DNA of 64,000 nt from Candidatus Saccharimonadota bacterium (GTDB lineage Bacteria > Patescibacteriota > Saccharimonadia > Saccharimonadales > Saccharimonadaceae): positions 813 through 64,812 of the forward strand of contig JAFWIQ010000012.1 in NCBI GenBank assembly GCA_017511865.1, in the 5' to 3' direction. The position numbers were made by a program, and so were the translations under genes. A model generated the notes under the pieces. It saw nothing but the letters and a program-made list of their open reading frames with translations, was not told the DNA's origin and ran no database searches. How positions within the stretch are numbered: position 1 is the stretch's first letter; each line of letters opens with the position of its first letter. Shown here piece by piece: positions 39,246-48,345 of this stretch.

Positions 39246-40516
39246 TATGAATCTAGCCCCCAACTTTTACGCCTATTAACAGCTGCTTTTTCGCGACGAC
39301 ATAATTTTTTAGCATCCTCCGGATTCGCCAATAATTTTTCTATAATCCATTCTAGATACTGGCTCCCCTTAAAAATCAGCGTTTCCTTCCCTGTAATATG
39401 CTTTTCTATGTATTCCAAGGCTTTTTTGGGATCCAGGGTAGCTACGGCTGATATACCAAGTTTTTTTAACTCCGGAGCAGTGTATTTTTTGGTTCTTCTT
39501 CCGACCAAAACCACTTTCTCCGGCTCTACTTCGGCAATCAATTTGGCTAGTTTTTTGTGTTCTTCATCCGTAATTGACCCCTGGTCTACGATGTCGCCAA
39601 TAATCAACCATTTATGGTCTGCATGCATTCGCCGCACCATGTCTAGAATGGAAGCCACGGAAATAATATGAGCATTATAACTGCTATCTACGATTTTTAT
39701 ACCTCTTTTCCCCTCAAAATAAGAACTCCGCCCAGGCGCTATCCTGATGTTTGAAAAATCCGATTTAAACGGCAATTTTAGATATTTCATTAAATCTTGC
39801 AATACTAATAAATTGAAAGATATATCTTTTGGTTCGGGGTGATCAAAATGAAAAGTGGTGTCTCCATAGGTAAAATCAGTTGAATCCGGATAGACTACGT
39901 ATTTTTTTATCTCATTCTTCTTGATTGGAATTACCTTCGCTTTGATTCCCTTGGTTGCAGTTTTCATCAGGGCGGAATCCGCATCTATGTAGACTAATTT
40001 TGAAGTATTTTGAGGCAAATTGGCGAATTCGGCTGCAATGGCTTCATCCAAATCTTTAAAACGTCCTTCCTCTACCTCTTTTTCAAATTGCACCGCATGT
40101 GACCTGCCTATCGATACCCAAATCGTCACCTCCGGCTTTAGCCATTCCGCCAAAAACTCCGCCTCATGCGGTCTTTCCCCATCTATCTCTACGACGTAGA
40201 ATTTTTCTTTATGACGTTTGAAAAGGGATTTTATGGGGGCAGCAGTAAACAAATAAAGCCAGCGCAATTTAGAGCCACGGACGCCTTTTAGCCCCAATAA
40301 ATCAAAGGATACGCCAAAGGCAGAGTTGGCATCATGCGAATAGTGAGCCTTTTTGCCCATTTCGTGCTCGACCAGATTTAACATTGTGGTCTTACCGGCC
40401 GAACCGGTAATTGCGATAATGCGTGGCTGCCATCTTCTGAGCACTCGATCTGCGAAATGCCGAAAATATTTCGCCGCAACGAAATAAAAACGCTTCTTAA
40501 AGGTAGCAACACTCAT
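39245..40516 (-). CDS. murF: MurF-like Mur ligase
   Basis: IAITGSAGKTT, PGR, IVDSSYNA and FKGSQ. Confidence 0.75.
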   Translation of the reverse strand: MSVATFKKRFYFVAAKYFRHFADRVLRRWQPRIIAITGSAGKTTMLNLVEHEMGKKAHYSHDANSAFGVSFDLLGLKGVRGSKLRWLYLFTAAPIKSLFKRHKEKFYVVEIDGERPHEAEFLAEWLKPEVTIWVSIGRSHAVQFEKEVEEGRFKDLDEAIAAEFANLPQNTSKLVYIDADSALMKTATKGIKAKVIPIKKNEIKKYVVYPDSTDFTYGDTTFHFDHPEPKDISFNLLVLQDLMKYLKLPFKSDFSNIRIAPGRSSYFEGKRGIKIVDSSYNAHIISVASILDMVRRMHADHKWLIIGDIVDQGSITDEEHKKLAKLIAEVEPEKVVLVGRRTKKYTAPELKKLGISAVATLDPKKALEYIEKHITGKETLIFKGSQYLEWIIEKLLANPEDAKKLCRREKAAVNRRKSWGLDS

Positions 40517-40530
40517 AAAAACATTATATC

Positions 40531-40557
40531 AAAAAATCGCCCAAACGGGCGACTTTT
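40531..40557 (-). terminator. Terminator after rpsJ
   Basis: TCGCCC/GGGCGA hairpin followed by a U6 tract on the minus strand. Confidence 0.7.
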
Positions 40558-40559
40558 AT

Positions 40560-40886
40560 CTACATCTTGATTTCTGCATCGACTCCAGCAGGGAGTGAAA
40601 GATTTTGCAGACTCTCAATCGTCTTTGGGGTTGCGTTTGAGATGTCTATCAAGCGCTTATGTACTTTCATCTCGAATGCTTCGCCGCCAGTTTTGTATAC
40701 GTGTGGGGATTTTACCACGGTAAACGTACTTCTTTTGGTTGGCAAAGGCACTGGACCACTCACGGTTGCGCCGGTGCGAATCGCCGTGTCGACAATCTGC
40801 CTAGCGCTTTGATCAATCACGCGGTGATCGTAGGCCTTAAGACGAATGCGGATTTTGAGCCCCTCATCTTTTTTAGCTTCTACCAT
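40560..40886 (-). CDS. rpsJ: 30S ribosomal protein S10 (NusE)
   Basis: [18 protein letters not shown] and HKRLIDI. Confidence 0.98.
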   Translation of the reverse strand: MVEAKKDEGLKIRIRLKAYDHRVIDQSARQIVDTAIRTGATVSGPVPLPTKRSTFTVVKSPHVYKTGGEAFEMKVHKRLIDISNATPKTIESLQNLSLPAGVDAEIKM

Positions 40887-41012
40887 TTTTGCCTTTCCTC
40901 TCTATAATCTTAGGCTTTTGACCTCTTAGATGGGCAGCCGGTAAGTTTTTAGAGATAGATAATTAACTTTAGTATATACCCCCATTATACCACGTCGTGC
41001 GCAAAAAGTCAA
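40887..41012 (-). promoter_or_regulatory. rpsJ promoter (TTGACT-17-TATAAT with extended TG) and structured 5' leader
   Basis: attata at 40984-40989, agtcaa at 41007-41012, and a leader hairpin CTCTA...CTTA..GGCT...AGCC.TAAG...TAGAG. Confidence 0.65.
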
Positions 41013-41021
41013 TCTGACCTC

Positions 41022-41306
41022 TTATTTTTTCTCGGAAAACAGCCTAAGCTCGCGATAATAATAGATATTCCCAAGAATAAAGACACCAATAAACAAGAAG
41101 AAAGTCCCCGCAATTGGATAAAATAGCTCGCCACTCTGCATAATCATCTCTGCTAAGACTAAGCCAATCATCACCAAGAACGCCATCAGCGGCACAAAAT
41201 ACGCCAAAAAGAAAATCGTTCGTCCGTACAAGGTGCTGGAAAATTCACGAAGCAACCCTCTCATTTCCTTGATACTCAATTTATAGATACTCTTCCTCTC
41301 TGCCAT
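41022..41306 (-). CDS. Small two-TM hypothetical protein
   Basis: SD AAGGAGG, its own TGCTATAAT and two hydrophobic segments. Confidence 0.75.
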   Translation of the reverse strand: MAERKSIYKLSIKEMRGLLREFSSTLYGRTIFFLAYFVPLMAFLVMIGLVLAEMIMQSGELFYPIAGTFFLFIGVFILGNIYYYRELRLFSEKK

Positions 41307-41389
41307 GTTTCCTCCTTATGCTTACATTATAGCACAAAAATTTCAGAAAAGCTTAAATTACCCCACTTTAAATGTGCTAAAATAAAACC

Positions 41390-42259
41390 ATGAAGAAGTA
41401 TGGTGGCGCCCACAGAGTCAAAAATGTTACTGGGCTAGCGCAGATTAGTATTGATTTGAAGCCTGCCCGCAGTGTTAGTGATGTCTATATTAACCAAAGC
41501 ATGGATCTCACCAACCTATTAAAATATATTGAAAAAAAGAAAAAGACTGGTGACGGGATAACTCTTTTTCACGCCTTTTTGACCGCAATTGGTAAAACTG
41601 TTTATAATCGCCCCAAACTGAATTATTTTGTGGCCGATCGTCACATCTGGGAACACGACAAAATCGTGCTGTCTTTTGTGGCCAAGGTTAGCTTTGATGA
41701 CCACTCCGAAGAAATGATGGTAATGATTCCGATTGAGACAAACGACGATATCTACACTATTGGCAAAAAGGTCGAACAAAAAGTCAATAGTTTTAGAAAA
41801 AAGCATTCCGAAGGCGTAAGCAAAAAAGGCGCCAATTCCGCGATTGATGTTTTTGGCAAAATGCCGAATTTTATACGCGTACCACTAATCGGATTTCTTA
41901 AGTGGACAGACAAAAAAGGCCTGCTCCCTGCCTCTCTAGCGGAAGACAACCTCTACTATAGCACTATGATTGTTTCCAACCTAGGCTCTATCGGCTGTGG
42001 CGCCATTCATCACAACATTACCGATTTTGGCAACTCCTCTTCCCTGCTTACCATGGGCGAGATCGAAGACAAAGAAGTTATTCTTAATGGCAAAAAAGAA
42101 ACTCGCAAAATCTGCGAGTGGGGTATGAACTTTGACGAACGCATTGCGGACGGTTATTATTTTGCCAAATCTGCCGATTTGCTCCAATATCTTCTCGAAA
42201 ACCCCGAAGAGCTCGAAAAGCCCATCGGCGAAAAAATCGACCTCGCCGAAATCCGTTAA
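41390..42259 (+). CDS. Stand-alone 2-oxoacid dehydrogenase E2/CAT-like acyltransferase catalytic domain
   Basis: RPKLN, SNLGSIG and FDERIADG. No lipoyl domain. Confidence 0.8.
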   Translation: MKKYGGAHRVKNVTGLAQISIDLKPARSVSDVYINQSMDLTNLLKYIEKKKKTGDGITLFHAFLTAIGKTVYNRPKLNYFVADRHIWEHDKIVLSFVAKVSFDDHSEEMMVMIPIETNDDIYTIGKKVEQKVNSFRKKHSEGVSKKGANSAIDVFGKMPNFIRVPLIGFLKWTDKKGLLPASLAEDNLYYSTMIVSNLGSIGCGAIHHNITDFGNSSSLLTMGEIEDKEVILNGKKETRKICEWGMNFDERIADGYYFAKSADLLQYLLENPEELEKPIGEKIDLAEIR

Positions 42260-42273
42260 ATATTTAAAAAACA

Positions 42274-42303
42274 AAAAATCTCCTCTGAAAGGAGGAGATT
42301 TTT
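42274..42303. terminator. Bidirectional terminator between the acyltransferase gene and tuf
   Basis: AAAAATCTCCTC/GAGGAGATTTTT inverted repeat. Confidence 0.85.
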
Positions 42304-42318
42304 ATCTAGCGACGATGA

Positions 42319-43503
42319 TTACTTAATAACCTTAGTAATCACACCAGAACCAACCGTCTTGCCACCTTCACGGATAGCAAAGCGATCCTGATCGTTCATG
42401 GCCACAGGAGCGAGCAATTTAACCTTGAAGGTTACCTGATCGCCAGGCATCACGATTTCCTTATCGGCTGGGAGCTCTACCTCACCAGTAACGTCCGTAG
42501 TGCGGAAGTAGAATTGTGGCTTATAACCCTTGGAGAATGGAGTGTGGCGTCCGCCTTCCTCTTTCTTCAAGATGTAAACCTCTGCCTCAAATTCAGTGTG
42601 CGGAGTGATTGTGCCAGGGGCTGCAATTACTTGACCACGCTCAATTTGATCGCGTTCAATACCACGAAGAAGCAACCCAGCGTTGTCACCAGCTTGACCT
42701 TGATCCAAAGTCTTGTGGAAAGCCTCAATACCGGTTACGACTGACTTCTGAGTGTCCTTGAGACCAACGATTTCTACTTCGTCGTTCAACTTAATCACAC
42801 CTTGCTCAATACGACCAGTGGCTACCGTACCACGACCTTTGATTGAGAAGACATCCTCAATTGGCATCAAGAATGGCTTATCAAGATCGTGCTCAGGGAT
42901 GTCAAAGTATTCATCCATAGCCTTGACGAGCTCCATGATAGCATCTTCATTCTCTTTGTCACCCTCAAGAGCCTTAGTAGCAGAACCTTTGATGATAGGA
43001 GCATTGTCGCCATCGAAACCGTACTTGTTCAATAATTCACGTACATCCATCTCGACGAGTTCAACCAACTCTGGGTCGGCCAAATCCATCTTGTTGAGGA
43101 ATACGATGATTTTTGGTACGTTCACCTGGTGAGCCAAGAGTACGTGCTCACGAGTCTGTGGCAAAGGACCATCGTTCGCAGCAACTACGAGGATGGCGCC
43201 ATCTACCTGGGCGGCACCGGTAATCATGTTTTTAATATAGTCAGCGTGACCAGGCATATCTACGTGTGCATAGTGACGCTTTTCTGATTCATACTCCTGG
43301 TGAGAAGTCGCGATAGTAATACCACGAGCCTTTTCTTCAGGCGCGTTATCGATTTGATCATAAGCAACTGGCTTATTAACGTCCGACGGAAGTCTCTTCG
43401 CAAGAACGCTAGTGATTGCAGCTGTTAAAGTGGTTTTACCATGGTCAACGTGACCCATGGTGCCGACGTTAATATGCGGCTTGGAACGGTCAAAATTTGC
43501 CAT
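42319..43503 (-). CDS. tuf: Elongation factor Tu
   Basis: [19 protein letters not shown] and NKMD, with strong codon bias. Confidence 0.99.
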   Translation of the reverse strand: MANFDRSKPHINVGTMGHVDHGKTTLTAAITSVLAKRLPSDVNKPVAYDQIDNAPEEKARGITIATSHQEYESEKRHYAHVDMPGHADYIKNMITGAAQVDGAILVVAANDGPLPQTREHVLLAHQVNVPKIIVFLNKMDLADPELVELVEMDVRELLNKYGFDGDNAPIIKGSATKALEGDKENEDAIMELVKAMDEYFDIPEHDLDKPFLMPIEDVFSIKGRGTVATGRIEQGVIKLNDEVEIVGLKDTQKSVVTGIEAFHKTLDQGQAGDNAGLLLRGIERDQIERGQVIAAPGTITPHTEFEAEVYILKKEEGGRHTPFSKGYKPQFYFRTTDVTGEVELPADKEIVMPGDQVTFKVKLLAPVAMNDQDRFAIREGGKTVGSGVITKVIK

Positions 43504-43620
43504 TCAATCTCCTTTTTATTATTACGTTTGGAGCGCTAATAAAAACCAGCTCCAAAGCTCTACATTAATATTTTAGACTATTTTCCAAATCTTGTAAAGA
43601 GGAAAAACGCGCGAAAAATC

Positions 43621-43652
43621 AAAAATCCTCTGGCTGGCTGCCAGAGGATTTT
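43621..43652 (-). terminator. Intrinsic terminator
   Basis: AAAATCCTCTGGC/GCCAGAGGATTTT inverted repeat. Confidence 0.85.
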
Positions 43653-43735
43653 CCTCATACGACAATTACGCAAGCGAAGACATATCAAATCATCGACTGG
43701 CTGCCGGATTGTCAATACCTTCGTATGAAAATTCG

Positions 43736-44572
43736 CTACACCCCTTCTCTTAACTTCAGGCCGACCTCCGCAAGCCCCCTTTCTATCACGTCTACGAATT
43801 CCCTCCTCACGCGGAGGTTGGTCAAATTCCTTCTGCTGAGTTTCGTTAATGTCCGCAGATCGAAAACGTTTGCGCGTTTCAGACTTTCGACAATCTTCTC
43901 GTCGAAGATTTTTTCCAGCTGGAGTTCGGCAATTTTTTTCGCCGGTTCCGCTATTTCGCCAAAAATCCTCTTCAACGATCGGAAATCCTCTTTGTATCGC
44001 GTATTTTCCGCCTCGCAGGTTTGCAGCTGTTTGCGCAATGCAGCCACTTCCTTGTTCAATCTGTCAATCTCCTCGCCCAGCACGAACGACTTTCTCCTCT
44101 GGAGGTCATTATCTTCCTTCAAGTGGGAGATTATCAATCCCATTTCGTTTATTTTTTTACGAGCCTTATCTAACTTCGCCTCCATCTCCTTTCTGTTATC
44201 GCTTATCTCTAGGGCTTCGTAAATTTCTTCCCTGGTGGGTACCAGCGCCTCAAGGCGAGTGCGTACGCTCTTTTTCTGGAGCTTTTCCTGAACCTTGGCC
44301 AAGGTTCGACTCACCTTGTTGGGGTTAAACTCGGTCTCACGAGCGATTTCCGTATGGGTGAGCCGTTCTCTTCCTAAGCCATAGCCCATCAGGGTTATCG
44401 CAAGTTCATCCTCGCCGAGCTCCTCTCTGAGGATCTTGATTGCCTCAGTAATCTTGTGCGGAGGTATGCCATAGATGGCGTTCTTGGGGTTTTCGCCAAG
44501 TATAGTTAAAAATAGATTTACGCCCGCAGGCAATTCTCTTGACCCACAGGTTATTTTGCTTATTTTAGCCAT
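43736..44572 (-). CDS. Sigma70 region 4-like HTH + coiled coil + RNAP alpha-CTD-like protein
   Basis: YGLGRERLTHTEIARET...VSRTLAKVQEKL (sigma4-like) and SLKRANVFDLRTLTKLSRRNL...LAEVGLKLR (alphaCTD-like). SD AAAGGAG. Confidence 0.65.
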   Translation of the reverse strand: MAKISKITCGSRELPAGVNLFLTILGENPKNAIYGIPPHKITEAIKILREELGEDELAITLMGYGLGRERLTHTEIARETEFNPNKVSRTLAKVQEKLQKKSVRTRLEALVPTREEIYEALEISDNRKEMEAKLDKARKKINEMGLIISHLKEDNDLQRRKSFVLGEEIDRLNKEVAALRKQLQTCEAENTRYKEDFRSLKRIFGEIAEPAKKIAELQLEKIFDEKIVESLKRANVFDLRTLTKLSRRNLTNLRVRREFVDVIERGLAEVGLKLREGV

Positions 44573-44897
44573 AGTTATCTCTCCTTTGCTAAAATTGCGT
44601 ATATTTTTTTCTGTGCCCAAACCCATAGCATAGCTAGGTTCACTCCTTCTCACCGACGCATCAGTGGCTATTTGTCGTATTTAGGTTTAGGCTACAGAAC
44701 GGTTTTAGTTTTGTACTAATCACCCTTCAATAGCCTAAACTTAAGAATTTTAAATGTGCGACCACAACTGGTTACATATCACAATTATACCACAAAACAG
44801 CATAAATATCAATAATAATATCATTATATTGTCAATATGGAAGTTTAGTGCTATAATCAAAGAACTTCTCAAATTTTTGCAAGGGGGTGCAAGAAAA

Positions 44898-45257
44898 ATG
44901 GCGAGAAGAACTTTAAGTATGGCCGAAGCGATCTATAAAATAGAAAGCATATCGACCAGTAAAAATAATGATTCCGATAGAGAATCGGCAAAAAGTCTAG
45001 AAGTTCAATTTGCATCAGCGACCATTTATCTTCAATTAATGATGACCACTATCGTAATGTGTGATAGGGCGACAAAAGAAGGGGAGCTTACGCCAGAAAT
45101 GGCACAGCTTATAGGAAGCCTCTCTGACAATCTTCGTCAATCAGTCTATGGCTTAGATAAAGCTATAGGCGATATTGCTGATCAGTATAATTTTGATCGA
45201 TGGGTTCCAATCTGTTATTTTGAAGAAGATTTAATCAGGCATCTTGAACAAAACTAA
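44898..45257 (+). CDS. Hypothetical helical protein
   Basis: Own TGCTATAAT promoter, purine-rich SD-like sequence and a downstream terminator. Confidence 0.65.
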   Translation: MARRTLSMAEAIYKIESISTSKNNDSDRESAKSLEVQFASATIYLQLMMTTIVMCDRATKEGELTPEMAQLIGSLSDNLRQSVYGLDKAIGDIADQYNFDRWVPICYFEEDLIRHLEQN

Positions 45258-45261
45258 TCCC

Positions 45262-45291
45262 AAAAAGCCCCCAACGATTGGGGGCTCTTTT
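45262..45291. terminator. Bidirectional terminator after fusA
   Basis: AGCCCCCAA/TTGGGGGCT inverted repeat with A/T tails. Confidence 0.85.
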
Positions 45292-45306
45292 CGTGCTAAA
45301 GATGAA

Positions 45307-47406
45307 TTATTTCGAATTCCTCTTCTCGATAATCTCGGCAGCCACATTTGGTGGTACTTCCTCGTAAGCGAAGAGCTCCATGCTTGACGCTGCGCGCCCT
45401 TGTGTCATACCACGAAGATCACCGGTATAACCAAACAGATTTGCCAAAGGACAAAACGCCTTAATCAGCTTAGCTCCTCCATTCAAATCTTCCATCTCAT
45501 CAATACGGCCGCGACGCGAGTTGATGTCGCCGATTACGTCGCCCATGAAATCTTCTGGCGTAGTAATCTCGAGCTTCATCACTGGCTCTAGGAGTACTGG
45601 ATTAGCCTTCTTGATACCCTCACGCGTTGCTAGACTACCAGCAAGAGTAAAGGCGAGCTCAGAAGAGTCCACATCGTGGTAAGAACCATCATATAGCGTA
45701 GCCTTAATATCTACTACTGGATAACCAGCAATCACACCACCAGCAAGAGTGTCTTCGACACCTTTTTGTACTGGTTTGCGGTATTCTTGCGGAACGACAC
45801 CACCTTTGATTTGATCAATAAATTCAAAGCCTTTACCAGGTTCGTTTGGCTCAAATTTGATCCAAACATCACCATATTGACCACGACCACCAGACTGCTT
45901 AATATGCTTACCCTGCGCTTCAGCTGTGCTACGAATCGTCTCACGATAAGCCACCTGTGGCGCACCAGTATTAGCCTCCACGCCGTGCTCTCTCTTCAAA
46001 CGATCGATAATAATCTCTAGGTGAAGCTCACCCATACCAGAAATAATAGTTTGTCCAGTCTCTTCGTCGGTGTGAACTCGGAAGGTTGGGTCCTCTTCGG
46101 CCATCTTAGAAAGCCCAATGCCCATTTTTTCTTGGTCTGCCTTAGTTTTTGGTTCTACGGCAATTGATACTGGAGGATCCGGGAATTCAATGGACTCTAG
46201 TAAGATTGGATGTGCTGGGTTGCAGAGAGTAGTACCAGTGGTACAATTCTTGAGCCCTACTACGGCTGCGATGTCACCTGCTCCAATTTCGGAAATATCC
46301 TTACGGTCGTTTGCATGCATTCGCACCAAGCGGCCAATGCGCTCCTTGTCTCCGGTAGAAGCATTCAGCACCGTATCGCCAGATTTTAATTTTCCGGCAT
46401 AAACACGGATAAAGATTAACTTACCCACGAACGGATCCGTTGCAATCTTAAATGCTAGGGCAGTAAGTGGCTCAGAGCTGTCGGCTTTGCGGATGATTTG
46501 GTCCCCAGTCTTTGGATCAGTACCCACAGTTTGACCTTGGTCACGATCGAGCGGAGAAGGCAAGTAGTCAGTCATTAGATCAAGCACCTTTTCTACAATC
46601 ACGCCTCGGCCATCGCCACCAGTAACCAAGAAGAAATCGCCATCGAGTACGCGCTTACGAAGAGCAGACTTTAACTCATCTACGGTAATAGCCTCTTCGC
46701 CTTCATTGAAGTATTTGTCCATCAATGCTTCATCCGCCTGGACCGCCTCTTCGACTAACATAGAGCGAGCATTCTTAGCCTTTTCCAACATGTCGGCTGG
46801 GATTTCTCCTACGGTCAATTCGTGGTCTGCATAATCTTTATAGGTGTAAGCTTTCATATCAATCAAATCTACTAGACCGCAAATATCCTTCTCAAAACCA
46901 ATCGGCAGGTGAATCGCTATAGCATTTTTCGACAAACGCTTGTGAATTGAATCAAGGGATTTGTAGAAATCACCACCAATCTGGTTAATTTTGTTGACAA
47001 AACAAATACGTGGCACACCATATTTGGTAGCTTGGCGCCAAACCGTCTCGGACTGCGCCTCGACGCCCATTTTTCCGTCAAATACCACTACTGCGCCATC
47101 GAGCACGCGAAGAGAGCGTTCAACTTCCGCTGTAAAATCAATATGCCCCGGGGTATCGATGATGTTGATTTGGTGATTTTTCCAATATACCGTCACCGCT
47201 GCCGAAGTAATAGTAATACCACGTTCCTTCTCTTGTTCCATCCAGTCGGTATCAGCACCACCGGTGCCGCCCTTAACTAGGTCAATTTTGTGTTTCAATC
47301 CAGTACGATACAAAATCGCTTCCGAAGTTGTTGTTTTCCCTGCGTCGATATGGGCAATAATCCCGACGTTCCGCAGTTTGCTTAAATCTTTGATTTCAGT
47401 AGCCAT
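45307..47406 (-). CDS. fusA: Elongation factor G
   Basis: AHIDAGKTT, ERGITI, DTPGH, GMGELHL and SGGRGQYG. Confidence 0.99.
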   Translation of the reverse strand: MATEIKDLSKLRNVGIIAHIDAGKTTTSEAILYRTGLKHKIDLVKGGTGGADTDWMEQEKERGITITSAAVTVYWKNHQINIIDTPGHIDFTAEVERSLRVLDGAVVVFDGKMGVEAQSETVWRQATKYGVPRICFVNKINQIGGDFYKSLDSIHKRLSKNAIAIHLPIGFEKDICGLVDLIDMKAYTYKDYADHELTVGEIPADMLEKAKNARSMLVEEAVQADEALMDKYFNEGEEAITVDELKSALRKRVLDGDFFLVTGGDGRGVIVEKVLDLMTDYLPSPLDRDQGQTVGTDPKTGDQIIRKADSSEPLTALAFKIATDPFVGKLIFIRVYAGKLKSGDTVLNASTGDKERIGRLVRMHANDRKDISEIGAGDIAAVVGLKNCTTGTTLCNPAHPILLESIEFPDPPVSIAVEPKTKADQEKMGIGLSKMAEEDPTFRVHTDEETGQTIISGMGELHLEIIIDRLKREHGVEANTGAPQVAYRETIRSTAEAQGKHIKQSGGRGQYGDVWIKFEPNEPGKGFEFIDQIKGGVVPQEYRKPVQKGVEDTLAGGVIAGYPVVDIKATLYDGSYHDVDSSELAFTLAGSLATREGIKKANPVLLEPVMKLEITTPEDFMGDVIGDINSRRGRIDEMEDLNGGAKLIKAFCPLANLFGYTGDLRGMTQGRAASSMELFAYEEVPPNVAAEIIEKRNSK

Positions 47407-47496
47407 ATGCTCCTTTATTTATTATTGTTTTCTGCCGAGCTCCACACTCAAAAAGAAGACAGATTTTCTTCATTCTAGCATATTTTTTAGCAAAAG

Positions 47497-47529
47497 AAAA
47501 GCCCCGAACCTTTTAGGCTCGAGGCTTTT
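47497..47529 (-). terminator. Intrinsic terminator
   Basis: AAAAGCCCCGA...TCGAGGCTTTT inverted repeat. Confidence 0.65.
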
Positions 47530-47542
47530 AAGTTGGCTGGCA

Positions 47543-48250
47543 CTAGATTGTCTTCCAGTGTCTTCCCGTCTTTGTTTCCCAACATACAAAGGGGGGCTGG
47601 ATATCTATGTCTTCAGCTTCTTTTTCGTAATCGGGGAGACGTCGGGCGTAATCCTTTCTCATGAAGAGGAGAATGCTCTTCAATAAGGATTTTTGCTCTC
47701 CCAGCGGGATATCCGTCCATTCGGATAAATCCGCCAGTCTGTCATCCAGGCTGGTGGCGGTGGTATACGCCCAGAACAAATATTCCCCAATCGGGATTGT
47801 CGCCGCAGGTGCGGATGACAACCTGAACCTTTGGTCTGGGAGTTCTATGCCCTCTTTCCATTCTTTTCTTGTACGATCTTTTCCTACGTACAAGATATGG
47901 TATTCTCCTACATCCTCCATAAAGCGGGTGAGGAAAATTCCGCTCTTCCTGGCAAAATCCAGGTCTTCTAGTAATTTCTCCCTTAAGGGCTTTGGTACTC
48001 CGGCCAAGCTCACCTCTTCGATCAGGGCGAGGCCCATCTTCGGGAGTCTTCTCGGAGGGGCACTTGCCGGGAATCCTCCCAACCCCAATGACCGTAAGCC
48101 GAAAATTACGGCCAGTTCTTTCTTGCTGAAAGAATATGGCGCCAATTCTTCGGCATCCAGTATCGTTTTTGCTCCTCCATAACTCAGGAGCTCAGTATAA
48201 GAAAGCTCCCTCTCTCTTTCTTCCTTTTTTCTAAAAAAGTTCAAAGTCAT
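47543..48250 (-). CDS. Hypothetical protein (GC-richer accessory gene)
   Basis: 235-aa ORF bracketed by TTGACA-17-TATAAT with extended TG (48304-48332) and a terminator. Confidence 0.7.
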   Translation of the reverse strand: MTLNFFRKKEERERELSYTELLSYGGAKTILDAEELAPYSFSKKELAVIFGLRSLGLGGFPASAPPRRLPKMGLALIEEVSLAGVPKPLREKLLEDLDFARKSGIFLTRFMEDVGEYHILYVGKDRTRKEWKEGIELPDQRFRLSSAPAATIPIGEYLFWAYTTATSLDDRLADLSEWTDIPLGEQKSLLKSILLFMRKDYARRLPDYEKEAEDIDIQPPFVCWETKTGRHWKTI

Positions 48251-48345
48251 CTCTCTTTCCCCCTTCTAATTTATTTTTTAATAAAAAATGACTTAATACC
48301 CCAATTATAGCACCAATCACAATTTTTGTCAAGAAGCGCGAAGTC

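Noticed and set aside
43504..47470. Shared TGGAGCT in the tuf and fusA leaders as a regulatory motif
   Set aside because: Only a 7-nt match in different structural contexts, which cannot be separated from chance without more genomes.
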